Origin: Oopsacas minuta
Taxonomy: Eukaryota > Animalia > Porifera
Reading direction: 5' to 3'
Assembly (NCBI GenBank): GCA_024704765.1
Contig: JAKMXF010000358.1
Location: 82,192-146,191 of the forward strand
DNA length: 64,000 nucleotides
Both the position numbers and the translations under genes were made by a program. The notes beneath the pieces were generated by a model. That model made no database searches. It saw only the letters and a program-made list of their open reading frames with translations, and had not been told where the DNA came from. Of the stretch, positions 49,786-61,260 are shown piece after piece. Within the stretch, counting starts at the first letter, position 1; each line of letters opens with the position of its first letter.

Positions 49786-50360
49786 GAAAATTTAAAGTCA
49801 CAGTACTCTGAAACTTAATTCTAACAAATGATAGTATCCTGTAAAACTAATTCTAACAAATTAAAGTACACTGAATAACTGATTCTATCAAATGACTGTA
49901 TCCTGAAAGACTGATTATACCAAATGGCTAGGGCATTAGGATCGTATGATCATTGTTCGCTCGTTCACGATCGCGATACTTTTTTGACAAACTGGCGACG
50001 ATCACCCATCATTGTTTTATTAAGGATCGGATGAAAGATCGCGATCCTTTTGTACAAAAATTTTTGATCATTTTTTCGATCATTTTTGTATACTTTAAAT
50101 GACTATTAATAGCGTTTTTTATACTTAGGTAATTGTTCCAAATTTGTGTTCAACAATCAATAATATTCGTTCGTAGGATGCGTTGATTCTCCACCTATGT
50201 TTCTTTTGGCATAAGAAATGATGTAACTATCAAAAATAATTATCTTGGATATTACACAAACGATCAGAAAAATGATCGAGATCGGGATCACGATCTTGTT
50301 TAACACGATCGACTAATGCCTTACAAATGGCAGTATCCTAAAAATCTGATTCTAACCAAG
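49786..50360. repeat. Degenerate 32-bp tandem array (5-6 units) interrupted by a hAT MITE
   Basis: attctaacaa-type units start at 49818, 49850, 49882, 49914 and, after subtracting the 403-bp insert, 50349. Confidence 0.8.
49929..50323. mobile_element. hAT MITE (395 bp)
   Basis: tagggcattag / ctaatgcctta ends; perfect 8-bp TSD caaatggc; many gatcg/cgatc subterminal motifs. Confidence 0.92.
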
Positions 50361-50598
50361 CTTGTCAAAAGGTCCTACATAGTCATGTCAATATGCAAAA
50401 TATATGGCCAAGTCAGGTCTAATGAGGTCATCTTGAAAATATTTCATACAGTTCAGGTTTCAAGATTAATCATGTCATTTCAATATTGATTTAAGGTCAA
50501 TTTCTGTTTATTTTCATGTTAATTTCAGTCATTTGACAATCAATTGAGTGCAATTAATCAACTTAGGAGTAGGGAACAATGCACTTAAGGATGGATAT

Positions 50599-50806
50599 TA
50601 GGCCGGATCGAGAAAAGTATAAATCGTCGGTTCAACTTCTACCTAAGGGAAAAGTTGCCTTTACCATTTTCTAGGAGAATGCGAGACTTAAATTTGAAAA
50701 ATATTTCAATTTGACCCTTGCGGTTTTATATTTTTGCTGTCTCACTTTCGCAAAATTGATTTTATATTGTTTGAATTTTCAAATTCCTTTGACTTAGCCC
50801 CTTTAT
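50599..50806 (+). mobile_element. Left TIR of a second copy of the hATm element, cut at the N
   Basis: 208 bp with 5 mismatches to 37740-37947; carries left-end diagnostic bases; different flank (atggatat vs gcctatag). Confidence 0.93.
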
Positions 50807-50807
50807 N

Positions 50808-50833
50808 TGGGTCAGAACTTATTGGCCACCCTG
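50808..50833. mobile_element. Right TIR of a Tc1-like element whose left end is at 57629-57765
   Basis: tgggtcagaacttattggccaccctg|ta is a 25/26 reverse complement of ta|cagggtagccaataagttctgaccca; both halves abut an N. Confidence 0.8.
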
Positions 50834-50859
50834 TAGGTATGTGAGGAATAATACAATAG

Positions 50860-52555
50860 TTAAAACTCAAAATTGTATGCGATTCCCCTAAGATATGTTG
50901 TTATATCCCTGTTCTCATAATCTCCAACAAGTAACTGGATACACTCATTTCGTTCAGTGGACTTTTTGCTGGGTTCTATTGTATCACCAGACTCCCACTT
51001 TATCAGTTTGGACTCTTGTAGTGACTGTTCTCGTTGCAAAAATTTGAACAGCTTTGACACACTAGGGTGGGAACAACCAACTCTAGAATTAAATGCATTG
51101 GCGCCACCCCTCAACTACGTTATTAGTTCGTGGTGGTTGTTGGCGTACCCTCTCGTACGTGTTCCAGATTCTGGTAGGAAAGGACGGGATCCTTCTACTG
51201 TTATTAGGAAGTCTTTTACCAATATAGTTATCTTCAAAATAAGCAACAACTCCTAAAGCAGATTCTGGAAAATCTGCCATCAGAATATCGAAAACAGTCC
51301 ATCACATCTTGTTCTGGCACAAAAGCAAGGCTGGGAAGCATCTTTAATTTCAGGAGGAATTCTCTATCTTCTTGATAGATTGTTATTAACCCCTCTGATT
51401 GTATTTTTCTATATACATTTTGGGAGAGATGAAAGAAGCACCCCGAAATTACGGCAAGAAATTTGTCCTCAAATACATTAATTGCTGCTTTTTCGAAATC
51501 GGTCATTATAGTGGAAGGGGCTAATTGTGTTTGTATTTCGAGGAGTTTAGAGAGAAGTTTGTTGTAAGTAGAACCAGATTTATCAGGTAGTAATGCATAT
51601 ACGCAAGGGTAGAAGAATCCATCTCTCTCTGCATGAATGGTATACAACTGAAAAAAATATTCTGGTACTACCTTGAAAGTTCCATCAGCATACCAAGTTT
51701 CAGATTCTGAAAGAAGAGCGAAAAATTTTGGATTAGCAAATATAATCATCCGATTGACGTCACCAAAGCCAGAGTCGAAAATTAAAAATGGCTCCCTTTA
51801 ACCGTCACTTTGTAATTTTCTGCAATGATTATTTCAGCAGCACAGGTAGGATTCCCACAGTTTTCTTCAGATTTCCTTTTGTGTATACGGATGACTCTCT
51901 TCACAGATTCCAAATTAGGGACTTGTGCAATACTTGAAGATCCCATTCGCTCGGCTCCATGGGAAGAATGACCCTTGTACTTTCTTCAGAATTTATTGAA
52001 CGTTTTTTACTATATTATAACCTCAAAGCATTTCGATTCTTACTGGGTTAGACCCATGCGTATGACTAGAATAAATGTCGTTTATCTGTGTCAATTTGAT
52101 AATTACATCTCCTTTAGTGTGCATACGAGCTTTACACGTCCCCCGATTTCACATACCCACTGTTGTACGTCCAATGACGACTTTGTCAATGTATACACGA
52201 ACCCTTGGAACTTAGCTTTATCTTTCCCCCTTATAGTTTAACCAATTCGATTTTGAGAGGAGCAGCGGCCATTACAATGTTAAGTTTATGACAAGTGAAT
52301 AATTCGTGGACTCTGATTGATCTTATTCTTAATATGTGTATCCTTATATACTACGTGGAGTATTCACGGATTGTATATTTTGCCAGATAGTTGTCAGGAA
52401 GTATACCTTTCACACCTACGATATGACTTGTGTAAATTATATACATCTATTGTATCTGCAAGACTAGTTTGGTTTCACTAAGTATACAGGAATTTAGTGT
52501 ATCTAACTCATGGATATCCTGGGACAAATTTCCTGGAACGAAATTTCCGTTTATC
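50860..52555 (-). pseudogene. Mutator/MULE element: FLYWCH+MULE transposase (50860-52272, several frameshifts) and one TIR (52515-52555)
   Basis: WYADGTFKVVP, FQLYTIH, IMTDFEKAAIN, GCFFHLSQN, RTNNVVEGW, HPSVSKL; terminus cgaaatttccgtttatc followed by gtgactgaa; partner end at 57511 preceded by gtcactgaa. Confidence 0.92.
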
Positions 52556-52629
52556 GTGACTGAAAACTAAGAGAGTTTCCAGAAGTACATTAACTACATT
52601 ATCTCCTACTTAGTCATGATTTTATATTA

Positions 52630-53022
52630 CGAGCCTTTGGTTTCTCACTTCGCGATGAGCTGGGCGCATTGCGCCTCGACTTATCCATTATTCTCCAAAT
52701 TGACGGCCCCTTTGAGTTTATAATATATATATATATATATATATAGAAAAATGTAACTCACAAATATACTTATATGGCATATATATTATAGAATTATTTG
52801 TAAGATCAACCGCTTTGTAGCCGTTGAGAGCAAGTATCTACGTGTGAAATTGGATTCAGCATGTTCAATATATTTACTGAAGTTTTTTGAATTGTCTTTA
52901 CTTCCTTAATAAACACGATAAATACATAGTTATGCAACAATTTAAAATTGCATATCGTAAATCCTTTCCTCGACAACGGACAAACTAACAAACAGACAAC
53001 AATTAAGATTTAATAATATAGA
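52630..53022 (-). mobile_element. Complete short Helitron-like element (393 bp)
   Basis: Minus strand a|tctatattattaaatc...(gttt/gtct)n ... gcgaagtgagaaaccaaaggctcg|t: TC start after A, GC-rich 3' end before T; contains a (TA)n tract. Confidence 0.6.
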
Positions 53023-53055
53023 TTTTGTATATATATTTAGATATTAATTGTTAAA

Positions 53056-53454
53056 CTGGGGGTTGGCACAAAAGTTAGCTTTCGGGCCGCAGAGAAATTT
53101 AGAGCCGACTTGGAGGGCCACACCTCGAAGTCCGTTTCAATGCTTGTGGTAGCAAGGCGCAAACTTGCTTCCAAGTTATGATCACTTAACACACTTCTTT
53201 ACTTTGGCTTAATAATTTTCATGCGAGAGAAGAGTTGTTCAAATGTATATGATGACCCAAACAGTGCCATTTGTCTGAAATACAAAGACGTTACAGAAAG
53301 GTAAGATAATATATGGAAGCATAAGATATACGCATCTCAAGTCAATGAAGGCTAAAAGTGTCAGAAAAATTCGTTGGCCGCATTCATGCCCTTTTCAAAA
53401 GAACCCCGAGGGTCGCATACATTTATCAAGCGGGCTGCACTTTGCCCACATTTG
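53056..53454 (-). mobile_element. Deleted Charlie/GTF2IRD2-like hAT derivative retaining C-terminal coding sequence
   Basis: Minus frame FGSSYTFEQLFSRMKIIKPK*RSVLSDHNLEASLRLATTSI; gggccgca subterminal motifs. Confidence 0.75.
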
Positions 53455-53599
53455 TATTGAACCATACGAATACGTTTTTCAAGTCAATTGAGGGAATTTA
53501 TTAGTAGTATGAATCTAGAGACATTATATTTAAGAATTTGATATTTCTTGTTTTTAGCAGACCATAAAACATATCTTTGAATATATATATAAACGAACC

Positions 53600-55274
53600 T
53601 ATGGTGTGCCGCTTCACGATCAACTCGGCATTGCGACTCGAGGTATTCAACTGACAAACAATTGTGAGATTTAATTTTAGTAATGTCGTTTACAATACCA
53701 TATTCGGACTCCGCATACTCGAATACCCAGTACAGTCATTGAAAGTATGATTCTACCTTAATTTTGAAATTTGTTTACATTATATTCATAAAAACAACAA
53801 TAAAATTACATATGATTGTGAAAATCGAATAAGCATGTTCGATATATTTAGTTAAGTTTATTGAATTCTATTTACTACTTAATAAACAGGATAAAAACAT
53901 AGTTATGGGATAATTTAAAATTGCATACCGTAATTCATTTCCTTGACAACAGACAAACAAACAAACAAACAAAAATTTAGATTTAACGAGCCTTTGGCTC
54001 GTCGCTTCGCGATGAACTCGTCGCATTACGCCTCGAGGTATCCAACAGACAAACAAACAGACAAACATCAATTGAGGTTTAATAATATTAATGTTGTTTA
54101 CAATACCATATTCGGACTCAGCATACTCGAATACCTCAGTATAGTCATTGAAAGTATGATTCTACCTCAATTTTTAAATTTGTTTACTTTATATTCATAA
54201 AAATAACAATAAATTTACACATGAGAAACTTGAAATTGCGAAATTCGTATTTAGCGTACTTAGTTACCCCTGGGTAGCCGTTTAGAGTAGGCTTGTACTA
54301 TATTTTGAGATTTGGATAATATTTTACTATGTATCCACAAAACCAACAATAAATTTACATATGATTAATCCAAAAGTGCGAAAATCGGATTCAGCATGTT
54401 TGAGATATTTAGTGAAGTTTAATTGAATTCTATTTACTTCCTTGATAAACATGATAAATACATAGTTATGGGATAATTTAAAATTGCATACCGTAAATCA
54501 TTTCCTTGACAACAGACAAACAAACAAACAAACAATCATTGAGATTTAATAATATAGATAATATCCATTTAAAATAATTGTTAAACTCACTGAAGACATC
54601 GTGAGAATTTTTTGCGCAATACGATAGGGTTGTTATATACACCAAATCGGGGTAAGTGACTCTAAGTTGTATGCTCAATTTCATGACTGGGGTAGGTGAC
54701 TACCCATGTTGTATTCTAAATCAGAATGACTGTATCATTCCTATGCCTGAGTCCGGTATATGCCCTACGATTATTTCGAGTTCGGAATCTGTCCTACGAT
54801 TAAAATATACATACAGGCTTGCTCTAAACGGCTACCCAGGGAAAATACAATACTCTGAAACCGAATTTCGCGCATTTTGAAGTTTCTCATATGTAAATTT
54901 ATTGATGTTTTAAGCATATTAAGTAAAAAGAATTTCAGATTGTGGTAGAATCATACATTCAAATACAATACTGGGGTAATCGAGTATGATGAGTTAGAAT
55001 ATGGCAATGTTTGTTTGTTTCTCAGTTGATATGTAAATTTATTGTTGTTTGTATGAGTATAACGTAAACAAATTTCAAATAATACATATAGGTTTGAGCT
55101 ATACGGCTACAAAGGTGGTTGATCTTAAACGAAATAATTCAATAATATATAGCCATATACGTATATTTGTGAATTATATTGTTTTAAATATATATATATA
55201 TTAATACTCAAAGGGGCCGTTAATTTGGATAATAATGGATACTTCGAGGCGTATTGCGCCGAGCCAAAGGCTCG
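53600..55274. mobile_element. Cluster of tandem and inverted Helitron-like units with (aaac)n microsatellites
   Basis: Near-identical about 360-bp units at 53610-53975 and 53977-54220, a 5' end at 54558, plus-strand copies 54700-55274; perfect hairpin acgagcc-ttt-ggctcgt at the unit junction. Confidence 0.7.
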
Positions 55275-55779
55275 TGTTTTATGGATTCATTTTGCAATTT
55301 TATACTTTGTTAAATTGGAGGTACGAAGTGCTGGCGAACACAAAGTGTACGCAAACCGCGCAGCGCGAGCTAGCGAAGCGTCACGTATATATATACACAG
55401 ATTAATCGCGTTTTAATAGTATAGATAAATTAAAGAATTTCCATTTAATCTTAGAAACTTGCTTTCAACAGTTTTACTGGGGTAATCAGGTACGCTGATT
55501 CCAAATATGAATTTGTGGCCAACATATTGTGAATATGTTACTACTTATATACTTTGCTTAATTCACGCGCTAGTTCACTATTATATTCTTAATATTTAGG
55601 CAAAATAAAAGATTGAGCAATTATGCATTTGTTAAGTTAAATCTGCTCCTGGATGGACATTATTTTGCTAAAATTGCCTCTTCTTTTTGTTCTCCTCATA
55701 TAAAAAATCTAGATTTTCAATCATTTTTCCATTTGTTCTAGTAGGAAAGCACCCTTTAAAACGTTCGATACTCTGGCAC

Positions 55780-56299
55780 TAGGGTTTTTAATCCCGGGAT
55801 TTCGGGATTTCCATATTTAAAATCCCGGGACCCCGGGATCCCGCAAATTTCCGGGAATTCTTGATAAATGATGATAGTTATCTCTCTAACAATTTTTTAA
55901 TTTGTTTAATTATATGATAGTCTGATAGAATGAAAGTATAATATAGGGGTACATAGGGGGTACAAGATGAATATAAATGAGTAATAAGTTTATTTAGTTT
56001 ATCATCAATTTTTTTTCTTGTTGGTCCTTATGAATGCTAGCGTATCCAAAGTGCTATCACTGAGTCTTGTTCTAATTTGTTACATGAATATGCCGAACAA
56101 GAAAATGCTCGTTCCGCTTCGACTGAGGTTGCAGGTATTGTTAGTAGCATTTGATGTACCTTTTCCAAGTGATATCCTCGTTTTCCTGTCTGTTCTCCAA
56201 TAGTAAGTTCATATTTCAATATATTGAATAATGAATGTTGAACTTGTATATCTTCTGGCTTTTTCATCGATGTGTCTATCGCTAATTGTAATTTTTTGC
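55780..56299 (-). mobile_element. 3' half of the BED-finger hAT element whose 5' half is at 41646-42434
   Basis: LLTIPATSVEAERAFS dimerisation motif; terminus tagggtttttaatcccggga preceded by tctggcac; cccgggat repeats. Confidence 0.88.
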
Positions 56300-56300
56300 N

Positions 56301-56626
56301 AATTGCACGATGATGCACAGCCACATAAAACTAAGCTCGTAAAGTCACCGTTGGATAGAATGAGAGTTGTAGAGCTAGGTCACCCACCAAACTTACCTGA
56401 CCTTGCTCCTTGTGATTTCCGGCTCTTTGTAAAGTTGAAAAAGGACCTTGTAGACAGGCATTTTGATACCAGAATCGACCTAGGTAACGCAATTTAGTGA
56501 TCCCTAAAAGACATCCCACCCTGAGACTATAAAATGTATTTTATAGATGGCTAGATCGTCTAGAACGAGTCATAGAAGTTAATGGTGATTATTTCGAGAA
56601 AATATATGAATTCTGAACGCCCGTTG
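56301..56626 (+). mobile_element. 3' fragment of a mariner element
   Basis: LHDDAQPH, HPPNLPDLAPCDF, RWLDRLERVIEVNGDYFEK; short TIR tgaacgcccgttg|ta. Confidence 0.88.
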
Positions 56627-56923
56627 TAATTTATATTGGAATTATTGTTGTTTGTATTTAAGTCGTATCTTAATTGCAAAATATCTGCATAGGCTAAATA
56701 CAATGAAAGAATAGTTAGGAATATGATCCTGGATTGAACCCTGTACATGCCAATGTTAGATAACTGCGGGGTGACTTGCCAGTACAAACGGAAGTAGGTT
56801 AAATCCACTCGGTGTCACAGACACTCAAAGGTATGCGAGAACAGATAGTAATGTAGAAACAGGGTTTTTTCAAACCACCTCAATCAACTGGTCACTTACC
56901 CTAATAACAACTGGTCACCTAAC

Positions 56924-57471
56924 CAAGGCCGTAGCCATTGGTCAGGTATCAACCTGACCACTTTTGGTACTGAATTTCCCCAATATAGCACCACGCAGTC
57001 AGGTTGGCCAGATCATGGTCGAGTTTCATCTACTTGTTAATTAACGGTATTTAACCAGTCCCAGCGTAGGAATATAGTAAGCTATTTTTTAACAAGCTTT
57101 TCTTGTATTTCTTTGCGACATAGGTATGATTATATTCCGACCTAATATTGACATCATCTCAACTTGTAACTACTATCTGAGATCGATTTAGATCCTTCTA
57201 GAGTTCTGGGTATACTTTTAATCAACCTCTGGAATAATATTTAAAAATATCATTGACTTAGAATTATAGCCCTGGCTAGAGTCACACCTTATATAATATA
57301 TCAGGGGCTGTAGCCTTCGGTCCGGTTTGTCACGTTTTAACCAGACCGATTTTGTTACCAAATATTCCAATAATTCACCAACAGGTCCAGTTGTACAAGT
57401 TAACCTGACCACTTTGTCTTGTTTGTGCTGTATTTACCCGGAAAACTTTAATTTTCATGGCTACGGCCCTG
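56924..57471. mobile_element. hAT-like MITE inserted in a caactggtca repeat array
   Basis: caaggccgtagccat / atggctacggccctg; aacctgacca subterminal repeats; TSD unclear. Confidence 0.7.
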
Positions 57472-57766
57472 TTTAACAATATAATCAACTGGTCAACCAT
57501 CGTCACTGAAGAATCCCGGAAATTTCGTCCCCTGGAATTTTCGTCCCCAGGTGATTCAGTGTCCCTTGTTATTCAGGTTATATTCATGCATCTATAGGAT
57601 AAATATGGTTTAATTAATTATTGAAATACAGGGTAGCCAATAAGTTCTGACCCATTGATAAAAATTCATAATTCAAAAAATATCAAACTATATTCGCTGA
57701 GATTTATTCCAGTTCTATTAGATAACTATATCAATACATTCGATAGTAGCGACTCAATGTAACCGN

Positions 57767-60490
57767 TTCCTCCGAAATTTTATTATTTACAAGCATAGGA
57801 TTGATCGTGGCAAAGTCAAAAAAATTCTTAGACTTGGGAGAGCAAGCTGAAAATCCTTTCATGCACAACTTTGATTCGTTATTAAAACGCTTGTTTAATT
57901 CATCTATCATGTAATCAAGTACAGGATAATAGATGCTAACCCTGTATTGATCTTCAGTTGAAAGCTCTTCTCGATGTCCAACGGTAGTAGTGAGTAAGGC
58001 ATCACACGCTTTAGCAGGTAATTTGTGCTTTCTTTTTCATGGCAAACTGCTTATTTCGATGTCGTGATCATCTGTAACCGTTATAGCTTCATTCCAAATT
58101 TCTTTCCACTGTTTCCCTGATCTGTAAGTCTGAAGAGTTTCAATGGTTGCATCAATCAATGATATTGCAGCACTAAAATCAAGGTCAGGATCCTGAAGTG
58201 TCTCTGACAAACCGTTCGTCATACTGAAAAGATGGTTGAACATCATTAAGCAGAATACGAATTTAAATTCAAATATCTGAAGAAAAAGTCCTTTTGCCTC
58301 TATTGCTCGATCTCGCTGCACACCATCAGAAATGGATCCAAGAGTAGTAATATGGCTCCAAAAGTCTCTTTGAAAGTCTCTTTGAAAGTCTTAATCGCCT
58401 CAAAACGACATGTCTAACGTGTTTCAATTAGGCGTTTGAGCCGGCGTGGCTGTTTCTCTGGCCTTTGTTCCGCTTCAACTTTCTCGAACAGGGCATTAAA
58501 CTTCCCAGACGATAGGAATAAATACACTGCTTCCTATAACGAGAAGAAGTCCTGTGCTATAGGTACACCCTTTATGGAGTCGACAAGAACAAGGTTCAAG
58601 CGATGTGCACAACAATGAACATATAAGGCCATTGGAGCAGATACTCCAAATCGCGCCTGGACGCCTGAACACCCGCCACTCATAACAGATGCTCCATCGT
58701 AGCACTGACACACACAGTTTCTGGAAATAGGTTGCGGCTCTGAATCACATTACAAATATACTTATAGAGTGATTTTACATCCTTTTGTTCTGCAAAAGTA
58801 TACCTAACAAAACGCTCATAAACGCTGCCATTGTTAACATAGCGTAAGATAATTGAAAGTTGCTCCTTCCGACTGATATCTTTGGCGAGCAACAAGTAAA
58901 TACCGGCCTTTTGTACCTCATTGGATATAGTCTGCAAAACCATATCGCCCATTACACCCATAAGCTCGTTGTGAATTCCAGGTGAAGTGTACTTTGCATT
59001 CTGTGGACCTTCTTTGATACGTTTTCCCACTATCTGATCATGATTACCAATGAAAGTCAGCAATGATCGAAAATTTCCAGGATTCAAAGACTCTCCGGTC
59101 TCATCATGTCCCCTCAGTGATATTTCTTGCCTTGCGCACAGAAGGATGATCTCCACAATGGTTTTGACATACACTGCCTGGCCAAAAGTATTGGAACACC
59201 CTGCCACAATTAATACCTGAAACAAAGGGTATGCTCTCATAGTTGTATAAGCTAAAGATGATTTCAAAAAATGTTCAACATAAATATATCGTAAAACGAN
59301 AACGAATGATAACAAGCTATTGTTCTACTTTCTGCAATATCCATAGAATCTTTCAACATATTCTCATCTAATGCCACTTGTGCACAAGTTGTAAACAGTG
59401 TTCCAATACTTTTGGCCAGGCAGTGTAGTGACGATTTTCCTTTATCACATTCTTTCCGATTTTGTCAAGACTATGAGTTATTGTTGTTCCAAGCTGAATG
59501 TTGACCTTGTATTATTCCCAAGTATGGAAAGCCTCCACATGTGCCATACTCTTTCTTTGCTCAATCAATCTTCCCTTTTGACCAGTAGCATGTTTCCAGT
59601 CCCTACAACCAACTTGTGTGAAAGGTGCATCTGGCCGATTCAAGGGACTGGAAAACCATCGACATGGAAAATAATAGGCTGCATCTCGGTTAACAGAATA
59701 TTCAAGCCAAGAGTAGGTCTTATACAAACCTGGATTAAATGAGCGGTGATACATATTTGAAATGTAAAGAGGGATATAGTTAATATATGTACATCGAGGG
59801 TTTCTATAATATCTCACCTTGACATTCCTCAGTTGCATCTGTGGGGATAGTGCCGCTCTTAACCCTTCGCTCTGTACTGTTCGCAGTTGGTGAATCTTGT
59901 AACTTTGCTTGACTATTCATACATTCGTCCTCACTGGATGAAGTTATTTCAGTTTGATCAACTTGTAGTTGCTCAGTCAACTGATTTCTTCCTCTGATGT
60001 CCTTGAGCGTTCCTTATTCTCGTTCTCCTTGGGTAGAGGCTCTATACTCCATAAACTAGTCAAGGTAATCCTCTTGGCCATTTGGATGATCTAGTTGTAA
60101 TTACTAAAGGGAATGTGAACTAAGCGATCCTGAATATCCGAACATGCCCACTGGCCCCCAGTTCACATCCCATTACATAGTTGTCAATCTTTAGCGAGCT
60201 TCGATTATCGAAACTTTTGGACTTGTTCCAACGAGTCCGATAATCGAGGTTGCACTTATTTGAAATTAACAAAAAAGCACTCGAAAATATCAGTCTGTTG
60301 AGATTTTACAAAGCTATGGTTGAACAATAATAGGGCACTAATCTAGCTGTATTCATTAGAAAAGAATATATTTGGACTCCCTCTTTAGGATGGATAAGCC
60401 CTTGCAGCAGCCCCTAAGATTGAAATAGTGAGGTCGTGGGCTCACAATAGGTACGACAACCGGGGCCTGGCCCCCCTGGCTACACCACTG
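57767..60490 (-). pseudogene. hAT element with ZMYM1-like transposase (TTF-type zinc finger), degenerate; C-terminus cut at the N
   Basis: YSWLEYSVNRDAAYYFPCRWF, VIKENRHY-VKTIVEIILLCARQEISLRGHDE, CVSQCYDGASVMSG, VHCCAHRLNLVLVD, FVFCLMMF; terminus cagtggtgtagccaggggg on the minus strand at 60490. Confidence 0.92.
59172..59425. mobile_element. Tc1-like element (ends only, middle lost at the N) inserted in the hAT coding sequence
   Basis: ta|cactgcctggccaaaagtattggaacac ... gtgttccaatacttttggccaggcagtg|ta, a perfect 28-bp TIR; splits the codons H-Y-V. Confidence 0.92.
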
Positions 60491-60779
60491 ACATGGCGAC
60501 TGCTCCTCGTCGGCTCTTTAGGGTGACTATCTCTTAGAAAGGAGGGTCGAAGATGGTTGAAGGTGGATGGTTATATATATATATATGTACGGGTTCAAAG
60601 GAGACTAATTGATGTCAGGCATTGGCCATGGGAAAGGAGTGGATTAGCGAAGCAAGAGTGCTTACTTAAGGTATGGATATACTAAGACGCACTAACGTGT
60701 AACTTCATGCAGCAGCAGACGAGCCGGTGAAGTGCTACGCGAGCAAGTAGGAATGAATTATCAGTAGACATCGCTGCAA

Positions 60780-61260
60780 AGCTCCCGAATCTTTCAAGCT
60801 GCCATGGAGACCTGGCTATATGTATTCGACTACTCCCAGCACTCGATTTTGATTTTCCATGGTATGTACAACAGCTCCTCAATGAGGCGGGGCAGCTGCT
60901 GATGCCACAAGCAGCGTGTTTGCTAGCATACTTCGAGAACACCTATATCGGACAACAGTTCGGGTGGAACTACCAGGGGGTTCTATTTCCTATCGACCAG
61001 TGGAATTATCATACAATGACACCTTTCCAACTAGCTTGAATTACTAATGCAGTGAAGACTTGGTATCGCTAATTGCTCCTTTAATTCATCATCCGAACAT
61101 ATATAAGTTGCTCACTGCATTGATGTGTGAGAAGAGACTAGTCGAAGTACAACAGGCCAAGTTCGTCGTAGGATCTCAGCCGTCCAAGTGGAAGAGGTAT
61201 CAGGCCAGTCATTAAAATGCCTAATCGTGTATTATTTTTGTCCCGATTGGAGTTCTTAGA
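60780..61260 (+). pseudogene. MULE transposase C-terminal remnant
   Basis: LAYFENTYIG, LFPIDQWNYH, ITNAVKTW and HHPNIYKLL in broken frames. Confidence 0.75.
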
